Shown here piece after piece: positions 37,888 through 48,092 of a stretch of DNA of 61,192 nucleotides. How positions within the stretch are numbered: position 1 is the stretch's first letter; each line of letters begins with the position of its first letter. The translations under genes were made by a program, and so were the position numbers. This DNA comes from an uncultured Thermoplasmatales archaeon (lineage in GTDB: Archaea > Thermoplasmatota > E2 > UBA202 > DSCA01), in assembly GCA_964514975.1 (NCBI GenBank), contig CAZESS010000011.1, forward strand, positions 1-61,192, given 5' to 3'. Under the pieces are notes generated by a model. The model saw nothing but the letters and a program-made list of their open reading frames with translations. It had not been told where the DNA came from and searched no databases.

Positions 37888-39033
37888 ATGTTAGACAGAA
37901 GTGTCGTGCAGGAGCAACTGGAAAACTACGACCTGGACAGGGCGGGCATCGGAGCCGTGGCGTCGCATTCGGCGCTCGACGCCTTCGACGGCGCCAAAGA
38001 GGAGGGGTTTCCGACGCTGGCGGTCTGCCAGAAGGGACGGGAGCAGACATACGCCCGGTATTTCCGGACGCAGCATCACGACGGGCGGCACGTCAAGGGA
38101 TGCGTCGACAAGGCCTGGGTGTTCGACCATTTCCGCGAGATACTGACGGAGGAAAACCAGCGACGGCTCATCGACAACGACATCGTGTTCATCCCCAACC
38201 GCTCCTTTACCTCGTACTGCAGCCTGGACCGCATCGAGGATAGCTTTGCGGTGCCGATGTTTGGCTCGCGAAACCTGCTGCGCACCGAGGAGCGAAGCGA
38301 GGAAAAAGACTACTACTGGCTGCTCGAAAAAGAGGGCATGCCTTTCCCCGAAAAAATCGACGCGCCGGAGGACATCGACGAGCTGTGCATCGTCAAGCTG
38401 CACCACGCGCAGAAAAAGCTGGAGCGCGGTTTTTTCACATGCTCCTCCCCCGAGGAATACAGGGAGAAGGCGGAGCAGCTGCTCAGCCAAAACGTCATCA
38501 CCCGGGAGGCGCTGGACAACGCCCGCATCGAACGCTACGTCATCGGCCCGGTGTTCAACTTTGACTTTTTTTATTCGCCGCTTACCGACGAGCTGGAGCT
38601 GCTGGGTATCGACTGGCGCTTCGAGACCAGCCTGGACGGCCATGTCCGGCTGCCGGCACCGCAGCAGATGTCGTTGCCGGAAACGCAGCAGATACCCGAG
38701 TACACGGTGGTGGGCCACAACGCCGCAACATTGCGGGAATCGCAGCTTGAAAAAGTGTTCCGGCTCGGCGAGCAATATGTGGCGGCGACGAAAAAACACT
38801 ATGGCTACGGGGTCATCGGGCCGTTCTGCCTGCAGACCTGCCCGGACAAGGACCTCAATTTTTACATCTATGACGTGGCGCCGCGCATCGGCGGTGGCAC
38901 CAACGTGCACATGTCCTGGGGGCATCCATATGGCAACACGCTCTGGCGGCGGCAGATGTCCACCGGACGGCGTATCGCCCTCGAGATAAAGATGGCTATC
39001 GAGGAGGACAGGCTGCACGAGGTTGTCAGCTAA
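37888..39033 (+). CDS. purP: PurP-family ATP-grasp ligase (formate--AICAR ligase-like)
   Basis: ASHSAL, FIPNRSF, ERGFF, GPFCLQ, DVAPRIGGGTN, MSTGRRIA. Confidence 0.9.
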   Translation: MLDRSVVQEQLENYDLDRAGIGAVASHSALDAFDGAKEEGFPTLAVCQKGREQTYARYFRTQHHDGRHVKGCVDKAWVFDHFREILTEENQRRLIDNDIVFIPNRSFTSYCSLDRIEDSFAVPMFGSRNLLRTEERSEEKDYYWLLEKEGMPFPEKIDAPEDIDELCIVKLHHAQKKLERGFFTCSSPEEYREKAEQLLSQNVITREALDNARIERYVIGPVFNFDFFYSPLTDELELLGIDWRFETSLDGHVRLPAPQQMSLPETQQIPEYTVVGHNAATLRESQLEKVFRLGEQYVAATKKHYGYGVIGPFCLQTCPDKDLNFYIYDVAPRIGGGTNVHMSWGHPYGNTLWRRQMSTGRRIALEIKMAIEEDRLHEVVS

Positions 39034-39974
39034 TCGTTCCAGGCGACGCTTGCATTCTCGATGGTGAACCAGATGCTGCCGTCGGCACCGTGCAGCGCGT
39101 AGCTGCCACAGTCAGTGGTGATGTCGAACTGGTCGTTGACGTAGCTGCCGTTGCCGTCTATCCGGACGAAATCCTGCTCGCGGAACCCGTCGAACGAGTT
39201 CCATTCGGTCAGGGTTTCGTCATGGTCGATGATGGTGAGCGCGATGCTGTTGTTGTATCCCCCGGGCGTCCCGGCGTCGTCGAGGTCGGCATCGAATGCA
39301 TAATTGACGGTGTTGTTCTGCCCCTGAATGATGTCGTATCTGCCGGATGACTGTCCGCCTGAGAGCGCGGTGGCGTCGGTGACCAGCTGGAACTGGGTTT
39401 CGAAATGACCGTCTCGTTCGTTCATGTCCGATGTTATCATGATGGCTTCGATGGTGACGGTGACCTTGAGGTCGTTCAGCGGGTCGACGTCGAAGCCATC
39501 TTTGACGCCGTCGCCGTCAACGTCGTCCGTCTGCAAAAACTGGAGGCTGGTCTCGTTTGAAATATTGTAGTTGTTCCGGTAAAACTGGAGTTCCTCGTAG
39601 TCGCCGCGCCAGTTGCCGTTGTCGTGGTCGACGTCGTGCCGCCAGGTGGTCGGACCGGAGCCGAGCTGCACCTCCATGCCGTCGGGGATGCCGTCGCCGT
39701 CGGTATCCGGGTTGGAGGCATTGGTGGGCTTCCCTGAGCCGCCGCCCGAAAACCATTCATCGTAGTCGGATATGCCGTCATCGTCGGTGTCCTGCCTCTC
39801 GGGGTCATGGTGCACCAGGACCTCCGTCTCGTTCTGTTCACCGGCGTAGACAACCGTTATCGTCCAGGTCTCAGGCAGGTACGGCTCGTCTCCGCCGCCG
39901 TCGAGACAGCCCGACATGGCGGCCATGATGAGCAGCATCACACCGGCGGCGGCCCACCATTTCACCGGGATCAC
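39030..39974 (-). CDS. Archaeal lipoprotein with DxDxDG (TSP3-like) Ca-binding repeats and C2-like C-terminal domain
   Basis: Lipobox AMSGCL; DTDDDG, DTDGDG, DVDGDG; overlaps upstream gene stop. Confidence 0.75.
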   Translation of the reverse strand: MIPVKWWAAAGVMLLIMAAMSGCLDGGGDEPYLPETWTITVVYAGEQNETEVLVHHDPERQDTDDDGISDYDEWFSGGGSGKPTNASNPDTDGDGIPDGMEVQLGSGPTTWRHDVDHDNGNWRGDYEELQFYRNNYNISNETSLQFLQTDDVDGDGVKDGFDVDPLNDLKVTVTIEAIMITSDMNERDGHFETQFQLVTDATALSGGQSSGRYDIIQGQNNTVNYAFDADLDDAGTPGGYNNSIALTIIDHDETLTEWNSFDGFREQDFVRIDGNGSYVNDQFDITTDCGSYALHGADGSIWFTIENASVAWND

Positions 39975-41476
39975 CAGCCGGACAGCGTGAACCGGGTCAG
40001 GTCTATGGTTTCCCAGTCGTCCTGGTCGTGGTCACCGTCGTCACCGTTGGAGTAGTCGACGAGCTTGTAGACGTAGCGGTAGTTCATGCAGCTCCGGTAT
40101 GGACCCCATTCCCAGTATTCCCTGTTCCAGGGGAACCGGCTTTTTTCGTTATCGATGCCCTCGAAGGAGCCGAGGCCCAGCGTGTGACCGAGCTCGTGCA
40201 TGAACACGCTTGCAAAGCCCGTGTAGTAGTCGCTGCCCTGCACCCTGAACAGGGGTGCCCAGTTCCGCACGTACTGGCCACCGATGGTGTGCATGTCGAT
40301 GTAGCACATCCTTCCCCCGGCAGGTCTGCCCGACCATTCCATCTGATGGCATATCAACGCATAATGGAACACGCCGCGCCGCCAGTAGTTTTCATTGCCC
40401 CTGAGGAAATATTTGAGGCGGGCGGCCTGCAGCTCGGTGCCGGTCATGCCCTCCTCGAAGGGGATGAGATCGCCGCCCCCGCCCATCAGCCCCTGGTCGA
40501 TGTGGACGGTGATGTTATGCAGAGCGAAGGGGTTGAGCAGGAGCTGCTGGGATTTCTCCGGGAAGAGATAGGGCTCGCCGCCGGGACGCTTGGCCTTCAT
40601 GCCGTCGACCTCGATGAATATGTCCTGTGCAAACGGGTCTGAGAGCCACTGCGAGGTGCGGTATTCCTGGTAGTTGGTGAGGCCATCGTTGTCCGGGTCT
40701 GCGTCCGCCTGGCTCTGATTGGCGAAGGGGTCGAGGGCGTATTTGTCCTCCCATTCGAGCGGGATGCCGTCGCCGTTGAAGTCGACGGTGGCGTAGTCCT
40801 GTGAAGCGTTGAGCCGGTAGACGTGTTCTTTTTCCCAGCCGGTCAGCCGGCTGCTGTCGCCCCACCAGCCGCCTTCCTCCCACTGGTAGATGTCAAACCA
40901 GATTTCGCAGTCATTGTCATCAGTGCTACCGTCCTCGAATCCGGAGGCATGGCCGTAGCCGTTCCCGTCTCGCAGGTAGTCGTCGCCGGTCCACTCACCG
41001 CGCTTGAGGTCATAGAAAATTGTGACGGTTTTCCCGGCGAGCTGGTCGCTGGTGCCACGGCTGACGTCGCAGGGCTCATCCGGGGCGAGCGGGTGTTTCT
41101 GCCAGACCTCGAGCTGGATGGTAACCGGCTCGTCGGGGGTGTAGGGCACGGTCATGGCCGCGGTCGGCCATTCGAAATAGATGTCCGGGCCCTCGTGTAC
41201 CTGCTCCCACCAGACTGCGTTTTCGCCGTTGATGAGGATTTTGAAGTAGAGCCGTGGCGTATCTGTGTCGAGGGTCATGGCTCTGAGGCGCATGACGTCT
41301 ACGACCACGGTGACGTTGTCCGGGCTGTATGATGCCGAGCCGACGTCGTGGCCCGCATCGTTGGTTCCTGCGGGTTCGCCCGGGTACACCGGGTGCATAG
41401 TGAGGGTCATGGCCGCAGGGATTATGAGCACAAACAGCGCGAGGAGCGCCCCGATTGTCTTGCTGTTCGAATACAT
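39971..41476 (-). CDS. Secreted zincin metallopeptidase-like protein
   Basis: Signal peptide; DFNGDG/DPDNDG repeats; DIFIEVD; FMHELGHTLGL; SCMNY Met-turn. Confidence 0.8.
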   Translation of the reverse strand: MYSNSKTIGALLALFVLIIPAAMTLTMHPVYPGEPAGTNDAGHDVGSASYSPDNVTVVVDVMRLRAMTLDTDTPRLYFKILINGENAVWWEQVHEGPDIYFEWPTAAMTVPYTPDEPVTIQLEVWQKHPLAPDEPCDVSRGTSDQLAGKTVTIFYDLKRGEWTGDDYLRDGNGYGHASGFEDGSTDDNDCEIWFDIYQWEEGGWWGDSSRLTGWEKEHVYRLNASQDYATVDFNGDGIPLEWEDKYALDPFANQSQADADPDNDGLTNYQEYRTSQWLSDPFAQDIFIEVDGMKAKRPGGEPYLFPEKSQQLLLNPFALHNITVHIDQGLMGGGGDLIPFEEGMTGTELQAARLKYFLRGNENYWRRGVFHYALICHQMEWSGRPAGGRMCYIDMHTIGGQYVRNWAPLFRVQGSDYYTGFASVFMHELGHTLGLGSFEGIDNEKSRFPWNREYWEWGPYRSCMNYRYVYKLVDYSNGDDGDHDQDDWETIDLTRFTLSGW

Positions 41477-41545
41477 AGCAAGAGGGTTAATAAAATATTA
41501 ATATAAGTGTTTTTCCCTCGACAGGTGGCACGGTAACGTATGTCA

Positions 41546-43297
41546 CTATGAATCGTCCGCGCGCTCCCTGGCACGCTGGCGGCGCAACTGCGCCCGCTTC
41601 TTCGCGAGTTCCCGGTCCTTTTTACCCGCCTTCGAGGAGGACTGCTTTGCCTGACGGCGCAACTGCTTTTTCTTGCGCGCCACCCGCCGGCGCTTGCGCT
41701 CCTGTCTGATTCGGCGCTGCACCCGCTCCATCTCGCTCTCCAGCTTGTGATCGATGGCAGCAAAGGTTTTTTCCAGTTTTTCTTTCCGGGCCTCGGCCCG
41801 GCGCCTGATTTTCTCGGCCTCCAGCTTGCCGGCGCGCTCCCCTCGCTGCAACGGCGTCATGATTTTCTTGACCACCCTGTCCTTCGGCGCGACGAGGCGA
41901 CCGTGGCGCTCGTCGACCTGGTACTGCGGGATGCTGGGCTTCGGCAGCTTCCCCGGCTTGGGGGGCAATCGCAGCGGCGGGAACTCGGGCTTCGCGATCG
42001 TGCTAAATGACACGTCAAGGCGGTCGCTGGCCTCCCGTATCTTGCGGTTCATCCGCTTCCACTTGGTCAGCAGACGGCGTTTTTCCTTCCGGTAGCGCTC
42101 GCGCAGGTCACGGCGCTGCTTGTTCCACTCCCGGAGCGGTTTCTGCCAGGCGGTCCGCCAGGCATCCATGATTTTTCGCCGTAACGCCTTTTGCTTGCGG
42201 TCTCGTTTGCGGTGCAGGGCACGTATCCGCTGCCGGCGCTTGCGCTCGGCCTGGCAGAAGAGATAGGCCGATTTCCATTCTTCCTTCATCAGCTTTTTCT
42301 CTCTGCGGCGCCGGCGCCAGTCCATCTGCTCAAGGCGTTTTTTCTCGGCCGGGTCCTTCCATGGCTTCGGGATGTGGTTGCACGGATTGCGGGCGTGGAA
42401 AAACGCGATGCCGATGCCGATGAGCAGCAGCACCGACGGCGTCACGGTGCCGAACACGGCCCACTGGCCGACGGTGAGATGGAACCCGCTGAGGGTCACC
42501 ACGACGGGCTCCGTCCGGTAGCTGGCGGGATTGTTGGTCGATGAAACGCGGAGCTGCATGACGTAGCTGTCATACTGGATGTAAAACTGCTGATGCGGGA
42601 TATAAAAACTCAGGTTGACCTGCGTCTGCTCGCCCGGGGCCAGATACACCCGCTCCCGGGAAAACGCATACGCCCATTCCTGGGGCACGTAGTCCATCGA
42701 GATACGGAAGCTGTCCGGGAGGTTGCCCGTGTTGGCGATGGTAACCGGGACATGGTAGACGGCGTCCTGCTCCCCTGAAATCGTCGGCTTTTCGACCTTG
42801 AAATACAAAAAGCGCTGGGGCTCAGACCGCACCTGGAAGGTGACATTGGCCGTCTTGACGAAACCGCCCGGAAGGAGACCGGGCCGCACGTGCATCTCAA
42901 CCTCGCACGTGATATTGGCAATATATGAGGGGTCGGCGCCGGCGCTGACCCACACCGTCGCGTTGCCGACCTCGTTCCAGTCATAGTAGCCAAACGAGGG
43001 GCTGACGCTGGCGGACCATCCCTCGCCGTCTATCTCGACGATGCGGAGATAATACCGCATCGGGACGTTGGAGGAGCCGTTGACCACCCCGCCGTTCCAG
43101 AACTGGAAGCGGAAGCCGTGCTGGCCCGTCACCGGCTCAATCGCCGCCTGGGTCGGCCCGACGGGCTCAATCTTGACGTTCCACCAGAAGTTCGACCACT
43201 CCTCCCACGGGATAATCTGCGCCTCTGCCTCCTGCGGGGGAGGCACAAGCAGCGAAAAGAGAACGAGCGTCGCGAGTAGGAGTGCAACCTTCCGCAT
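41546..43297 (-). CDS. Membrane-anchored Ig-like surface protein with long Arg/Lys-rich cytoplasmic tail
   Basis: Signal peptide; VTIANTGNLPDSF...LAPGEQ (CARDB/NEW3-like); single TM (WAVFG...IAFF); about 280-aa highly basic tail. Confidence 0.8.
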   Translation of the reverse strand: MRKVALLLATLVLFSLLVPPPQEAEAQIIPWEEWSNFWWNVKIEPVGPTQAAIEPVTGQHGFRFQFWNGGVVNGSSNVPMRYYLRIVEIDGEGWSASVSPSFGYYDWNEVGNATVWVSAGADPSYIANITCEVEMHVRPGLLPGGFVKTANVTFQVRSEPQRFLYFKVEKPTISGEQDAVYHVPVTIANTGNLPDSFRISMDYVPQEWAYAFSRERVYLAPGEQTQVNLSFYIPHQQFYIQYDSYVMQLRVSSTNNPASYRTEPVVVTLSGFHLTVGQWAVFGTVTPSVLLLIGIGIAFFHARNPCNHIPKPWKDPAEKKRLEQMDWRRRRREKKLMKEEWKSAYLFCQAERKRRQRIRALHRKRDRKQKALRRKIMDAWRTAWQKPLREWNKQRRDLRERYRKEKRRLLTKWKRMNRKIREASDRLDVSFSTIAKPEFPPLRLPPKPGKLPKPSIPQYQVDERHGRLVAPKDRVVKKIMTPLQRGERAGKLEAEKIRRRAEARKEKLEKTFAAIDHKLESEMERVQRRIRQERKRRRVARKKKQLRRQAKQSSSKAGKKDRELAKKRAQLRRQRARERADDS

Positions 43298-43335
43298 GAT
43301 TTACCAATCCGGTAAACAGGTGTTCGTTTAAATAA

Positions 43336-44304
43336 TTAGTTGCTCCGGCGGCGTCGGATGACGAACGCCAGAGCAGCGAGCGCGCCGATGAGGATGACCG
43401 CCTCGAACCCGGGCACGTAGAAGCCCCTGTTCTTCACCATCATTCTTGCATAGACAGTCGCCTGCTTGATGTTCTCGGGGTCCTTCGACGACTTCTGGAA
43501 CTGGTTGCCTTCCTTCACCCAGTAGTCGGCGAAGGACTGCGCATGTGCCTGCAGCAGGAACGTCTCCCGGTCGTTGTGATACGAGATACCGGTGCCGTGC
43601 GGCGTGGTCACCGTGAAGGAGACGGTTTTCTCCGGAGGGTTCGGGTCGCCCGGTTTTTTGGCGTCGAGGATGATCTGCTGCGGCGAAATAATGGGATCTG
43701 TCCAGTCGTCGGGCACGTCGGTGGCCGAGAGCGTCACGCGCGTCTGCGCGGTGCCCCAGTTCTCGATGGTGACGGGGAACGTGAGCTCCTTGTCCGGCGA
43801 GGACCGCTCGATGGGCTTCGCGATGCTGACGGTTATCTGCGTGAACGGGTTAACGCCGACGAGGATGTCGGTCTCCGCCAGGGCGACCTCCCGCAGCTCG
43901 CCGCCCAGCACGATGCGGCCCGTTACCTGGATGGTCACGCTCGACAGGCTGGGCGCCTCCACGTCCTGCTCGCTCAACGCCAGGTTGACCTTCACGTCCT
44001 TCCGGGCGTTCGTCCGGGCGTCAAGCGGGAATGTTTTCTGGGTCGGCGTCACGGTCAGCCAGCTCGGGCTCTTCACGACCTCTATCTGGGCCCACACCGG
44101 GAAATACTGGAAGAAGAAATCCTGATATTCGACCGTGAGCGTAAACGAGTCACCGCCATACCGGTTCACATAAAACGGGGAAATATTGGGCGATGCGCTC
44201 ATCGCACCCCATTCGATGGCCTGCGCGGCCGGGGCGAACAGGATCGTTGACAGAAACATGAATGCAGCGAGGACCACACCAATCGTTATTGTTCTTTTCA
44301 GCAT
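43336..44304 (-). CDS. Secreted beta-sandwich protein with PGF-CTERM anchor
   Basis: Signal peptide; ends VPGFEAVILIGALAALAFVIRRRR; strong SD GAGGTGA; strongly C/G-ending codons. Confidence 0.85.
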   Translation of the reverse strand: MLKRTITIGVVLAAFMFLSTILFAPAAQAIEWGAMSASPNISPFYVNRYGGDSFTLTVEYQDFFFQYFPVWAQIEVVKSPSWLTVTPTQKTFPLDARTNARKDVKVNLALSEQDVEAPSLSSVTIQVTGRIVLGGELREVALAETDILVGVNPFTQITVSIAKPIERSSPDKELTFPVTIENWGTAQTRVTLSATDVPDDWTDPIISPQQIILDAKKPGDPNPPEKTVSFTVTTPHGTGISYHNDRETFLLQAHAQSFADYWVKEGNQFQKSSKDPENIKQATVYARMMVKNRGFYVPGFEAVILIGALAALAFVIRRRRSN

Positions 44305-44366
44305 TTTTCACCTCTCCGTGAAAGATAATGTTGTTATTGGCATTTCGATATATATGTTTTTCGTGG

Positions 44367-44636
44367 TCACTCTTCCTCTTCCTCTTCTTCCTCGTCCAGG
44401 CAGACCATTTCAGGGAAATAGCTCAGGATGATGATGTCTCCGGCAGCCGACACCCACCGGTAGGGCACGCCGACGTCCACCGAGCCCTCGACCACCTCGG
44501 GGTTCGTGTTGGTGATAACGAGGCTGTCAATCCGACGTTCATCGGTGTTGAGAGCCACGTTGCGAACCTCGCCCACGTAGATGCCGTGACGGGTATATGT
44601 TGGCACGTTCAAGAAGTCCGTAATTTCCTTCGCCAT
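44367..44636 (-). CDS. PRC-barrel domain protein (CdpB-like)
   Basis: YTRHGIYVGEVRNV, VPYRWVSAAGDIIIL, acidic tail; start MAKEI. Confidence 0.8.
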   Translation of the reverse strand: MAKEITDFLNVPTYTRHGIYVGEVRNVALNTDERRIDSLVITNTNPEVVEGSVDVGVPYRWVSAAGDIIILSYFPEMVCLDEEEEEEEE

Positions 44637-44842
44637 TGTAATCACGTGAACATACATCCGAAATGCCTTATTAAGAGTTGTGGTGACACCGGAGCGGCAG
44701 GCAAGCCCGCAACGGAAAGAGCGCCGGCGGACGGCGGCGCAGATGCAGCATCCATTTTGCCCCGCCATTGCCCACATCGCTCCAGAGATAATCACAGATA
44801 ATTTTATAAGGAAACACGTCATTATATAAAAGAGGTCAAAGA

Positions 44843-45661
44843 ATGCACGCAACAGCCTGGAAGAAGGGCATGGCACTCGCTGCCGCCCTGATATTTTGCA
44901 CCCTCGCACTGACGCCGCTGGCGACACACGCAGCCACATCCAACGAGGAGACACAACAGGCATACGTCACCCGGTACAACGCGGATGGCAGCGCCGCGCA
45001 CCATGTCATGTCGCTGTCGGCACAGACGGTCCAGCGTCTCAAGGAACGCTTCATCGAGGCGTCCACCGCGGAGGAGCGGCTGACGCTCCTGCGGGAATAC
45101 GACCTGCTGTCAGATGACATATCGCTCGACACATGGAAGACGGGCATGGAGCAGCGGGCTGCAATGCTCGGGCTCGACCAGCAGGATGCCGACAACCTCA
45201 ACGACGCGGATGCGACGGGCCGGCTGCTGCGGATGCCGCTGATGCTCACCTTTTTCAGCAAGATAAACGCCATGTACGTGCTGAGCGGCGAAGCCGGGGT
45301 CGGCCTGCCGCCGCTGTTCGGCATCATGAAGTTTTTCGGCGGGCAGCGCGTCGCCCAGTTCGACCTGTTCGATGTCTGCTGGGGTGCCTTCGGCGTGCTC
45401 CAGGCCAAAACGCTGTTCCGGCAACACACCATGGTAACGATGCCCAGCCTGCTCGGCATGGCCGGCTTCGTCGGCATTCACATCCACATCCCGTTCGTCC
45501 TCAACATCTACAACGGGTTCTCGGCCATCACGTTCGCCGCCGGGCTCGGCCCGCACAGCATCAACTTCAACCTGGCCACCATGGCCCTCCTCGGGTTCTT
45601 CCTGGGCGGCACCCTGGGCGCTCTTCTGGCCGGTGGTGGCGGCGGCAACGCGACCGTCTGA
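44843..45661 (+). CDS. Secreted/membrane hypothetical protein
   Basis: SD GAGGT, signal peptide, C-terminal hydrophobic helix; GFVGIHI...GFSAIT motif shared with 13154-13864. Confidence 0.75.
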   Translation: MHATAWKKGMALAAALIFCTLALTPLATHAATSNEETQQAYVTRYNADGSAAHHVMSLSAQTVQRLKERFIEASTAEERLTLLREYDLLSDDISLDTWKTGMEQRAAMLGLDQQDADNLNDADATGRLLRMPLMLTFFSKINAMYVLSGEAGVGLPPLFGIMKFFGGQRVAQFDLFDVCWGAFGVLQAKTLFRQHTMVTMPSLLGMAGFVGIHIHIPFVLNIYNGFSAITFAAGLGPHSINFNLATMALLGFFLGGTLGALLAGGGGGNATV

Positions 45662-45746
45662 TGGTGCCCGGACACGTAATGGAACGGCATCTGTAGAACG
45701 AGCGTAAAAAAGTACAATTTAAAATAGGGAAGCACATTGGGAGGTC

Positions 45747-47177
45747 ATGCCAGAAACGCTGTCCTTCCCCGAGCCGCACGACGTCGTCCGGCAGAAACCG
45801 TCACTGCGAAAATATCTCCGCTACCTCCTGTTTTTTGGGCCGGGAGCCATCCTGGCCTCGATGACCATCGGGCAGGGACAGCTCATACTCGGCCCCCAGA
45901 TAGGAGCATGGGCCCGCTACGCCCTGCTGTGGATCATCACCCTGAACATTGGCTCCTATGCCGTGGCCTATGTCGGGACGAGGTTCACGATGCTGTCCGG
46001 CATCAGCACCATGGACATGTTCGCAATGAAAACCCGGGGTGGATGGATCAACTGGCTGATCATCGCCATCATGGCCGTCTTCGTGCCGACGTTCGCTGCG
46101 GCGATAATCACCACGCTCGGACATTCACTCGCCTGGATATTCGGCGTCGGCCACTACCTCATCTGGGGCATCGGGTTCTCCGTGTTCGCCGCGATACTGG
46201 CGCTGCTCGGTCGATACAAGGTGCTGGAGGTATCGCAGGCGTTTTTCGTGGCCGTGCTGGGCATCGGCGCCGTCGCATCGGTGGCGGTGCTCCAGCCCGA
46301 CTTTTTGGAAATTTTACCCAATTTCGCGTTCATCGGCAACGTGCCCGACTATCCCGCCTGGGTTGACACCGTCCCCGATTTCACCAAGACCCCGATACCG
46401 CTGTCGATGCTCGGCTATCTGGGCACGCTCACCATATCCATCGTCCCGCTGGTCGGCTACCTCGGCTGGATAAAGGTCAAGCGATGGGGTATCTTCCGGG
46501 GAAGCGCAGACCCCGATGGGTTGTCAGAGCGCCTCTTTGCGAGATACCGCTGGGATGGCACCATCGACTATCTGCCCGACGACAGCGAAGAGGTGAACAA
46601 ATCACGGCTGTTGCTCCGCCCGCTCATGGTCGACCTTATCGTCGCGTTCGCCATCGTGTCGCTCGTATCTGCAGCATATATGATAGCGGGCGCCGACCGG
46701 CTCGGACGGAGCATTCCCACCGACGTCGACCTGCTGAAACGACAGGCCGTCATCTTCTCCGACATGGCCGCCTGGCTGGAACCCCTCTACCAGCTAAGCG
46801 TGGCCTTCGCCCTGTTCGGAACGGTCTACAGCGCCTTCGAGGCGGCCTCCCGGATGCTCTTCGAGGCCGGGAAAACCGTGCGCGCCGGCATCGGCAAGCT
46901 CCCATACAAGCGCTTCATGCTCTACTTCCTGATATACGTGCTTGCGCTGGGCATCCCGCTGGCGTTGCTCATGTACGGCGGCCTGTCGGTGCTGCTGGTG
47001 CTGTCCATCACGCTGCTGTTCATCGGCGTCATCAGCGTGGTCATCTACGGCGCAGGAGCAATATACCTGTCGCAGACGGTGCTCCCCCGGCGCTATCAGC
47101 TGGGGGCACTGGGCATGGGCCTTGCCGTGTTTTGCCTGGAGCTGCTGCTGCTGCCCGCCATTTTTTTCTTTATCTGA
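45747..47177 (+). CDS. Nramp-like (MntH-related) transporter
   Basis: FGPGAILASMTIGQGQ, YALLW, about 11 TM, ALFGTVYS. Confidence 0.7.
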   Translation: MPETLSFPEPHDVVRQKPSLRKYLRYLLFFGPGAILASMTIGQGQLILGPQIGAWARYALLWIITLNIGSYAVAYVGTRFTMLSGISTMDMFAMKTRGGWINWLIIAIMAVFVPTFAAAIITTLGHSLAWIFGVGHYLIWGIGFSVFAAILALLGRYKVLEVSQAFFVAVLGIGAVASVAVLQPDFLEILPNFAFIGNVPDYPAWVDTVPDFTKTPIPLSMLGYLGTLTISIVPLVGYLGWIKVKRWGIFRGSADPDGLSERLFARYRWDGTIDYLPDDSEEVNKSRLLLRPLMVDLIVAFAIVSLVSAAYMIAGADRLGRSIPTDVDLLKRQAVIFSDMAAWLEPLYQLSVAFALFGTVYSAFEAASRMLFEAGKTVRAGIGKLPYKRFMLYFLIYVLALGIPLALLMYGGLSVLLVLSITLLFIGVISVVIYGAGAIYLSQTVLPRRYQLGALGMGLAVFCLELLLLPAIFFFI

Positions 47178-47243
47178 CGCATCCTGCCAGGCATGTGCAA
47201 AACCTTTTTATCGCCGTAGCCGATACCACATGGAGAAGATACC

Positions 47244-48065
47244 ATGGCTATAGATATAGTAGGCTACGGACTGAACGAAAATCTGCCATTGATAGGGGTG
47301 AGCATCTGGGACATGCTCGTCGCCGTTATCGCGCTCGTCGTCGGCGTCATCGTGGTGCGCCTGATTGTATCGATGCTGGGGCGATGGATGGTCAGGGCGG
47401 AGCTGTCGGAACTGCTGGTGGAATTCACCACGCGCATCCTCCGCATCATCATGTACATTTTCGTGGTCGGCATCGCGCTGTCCCTCATGGGACTCAACAT
47501 GGGCGCGGCGCTGGTCAGCATCTCGGTGGTGCTGGGCTTCGTGCTCGGCTTCGCGCTGGGCGACACGTTGAGCAACATCGCCGCCGGGTTCATGATCGCC
47601 ATCACCCGGCCGTTCAGGACAGGAGACTATGTGACGGTCAACGGCGAGAGCGGCTCGGTGCAGAGCGTCGGCATCAGCGTCACCGAGCTGGACACGCCCG
47701 ACAACAAGCGGGTCATCATCCCCAACAAGTCGGTCTGGGGCGGCAACATCGTCAACTACACGCGTCATGGCACCCGCCGGGTCGACATGGAAATCGGCGT
47801 TGGCTACGACGACGACCTCGACCACGTCATCGAGACCACGCGGGAGCTGCTCACCGCCGACGAGCGGGTGCTGTCCGAGCCGGCTCCGCAGGTGGCCGTC
47901 AGCTCGCTGGGTGACAGCGCCGTGGTGCTCGTCGTGCGCCCCTGGGTGAAAACCGCCGACTACTGGAGCTTTTTCTTTGCCTTCCAGAAGACAGTCAAGC
48001 AGACGTTCGACGACGCGGAGATATCGTTTCCCTACCCGCAGATGGACGTCCACCTGGACAAATAG
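47244..48065 (+). CDS. mscS: Small-conductance mechanosensitive channel
   Basis: GFALGDTLSNIAAG, RPFRTGD, IIPN, ISFPYPQ. Confidence 0.93.
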   Translation: MAIDIVGYGLNENLPLIGVSIWDMLVAVIALVVGVIVVRLIVSMLGRWMVRAELSELLVEFTTRILRIIMYIFVVGIALSLMGLNMGAALVSISVVLGFVLGFALGDTLSNIAAGFMIAITRPFRTGDYVTVNGESGSVQSVGISVTELDTPDNKRVIIPNKSVWGGNIVNYTRHGTRRVDMEIGVGYDDDLDHVIETTRELLTADERVLSEPAPQVAVSSLGDSAVVLVVRPWVKTADYWSFFFAFQKTVKQTFDDAEISFPYPQMDVHLDK

Positions 48066-48092
48066 GATGGCTCGTCCCTCTTTTTTCTTTTT

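Noticed and set aside
44680-44800. Possible structured RNA or MITE (GGAGCG...CGCTCC) between divergent promoters
   Set aside because: Pairing short and GC-driven; no target duplication or terminator.
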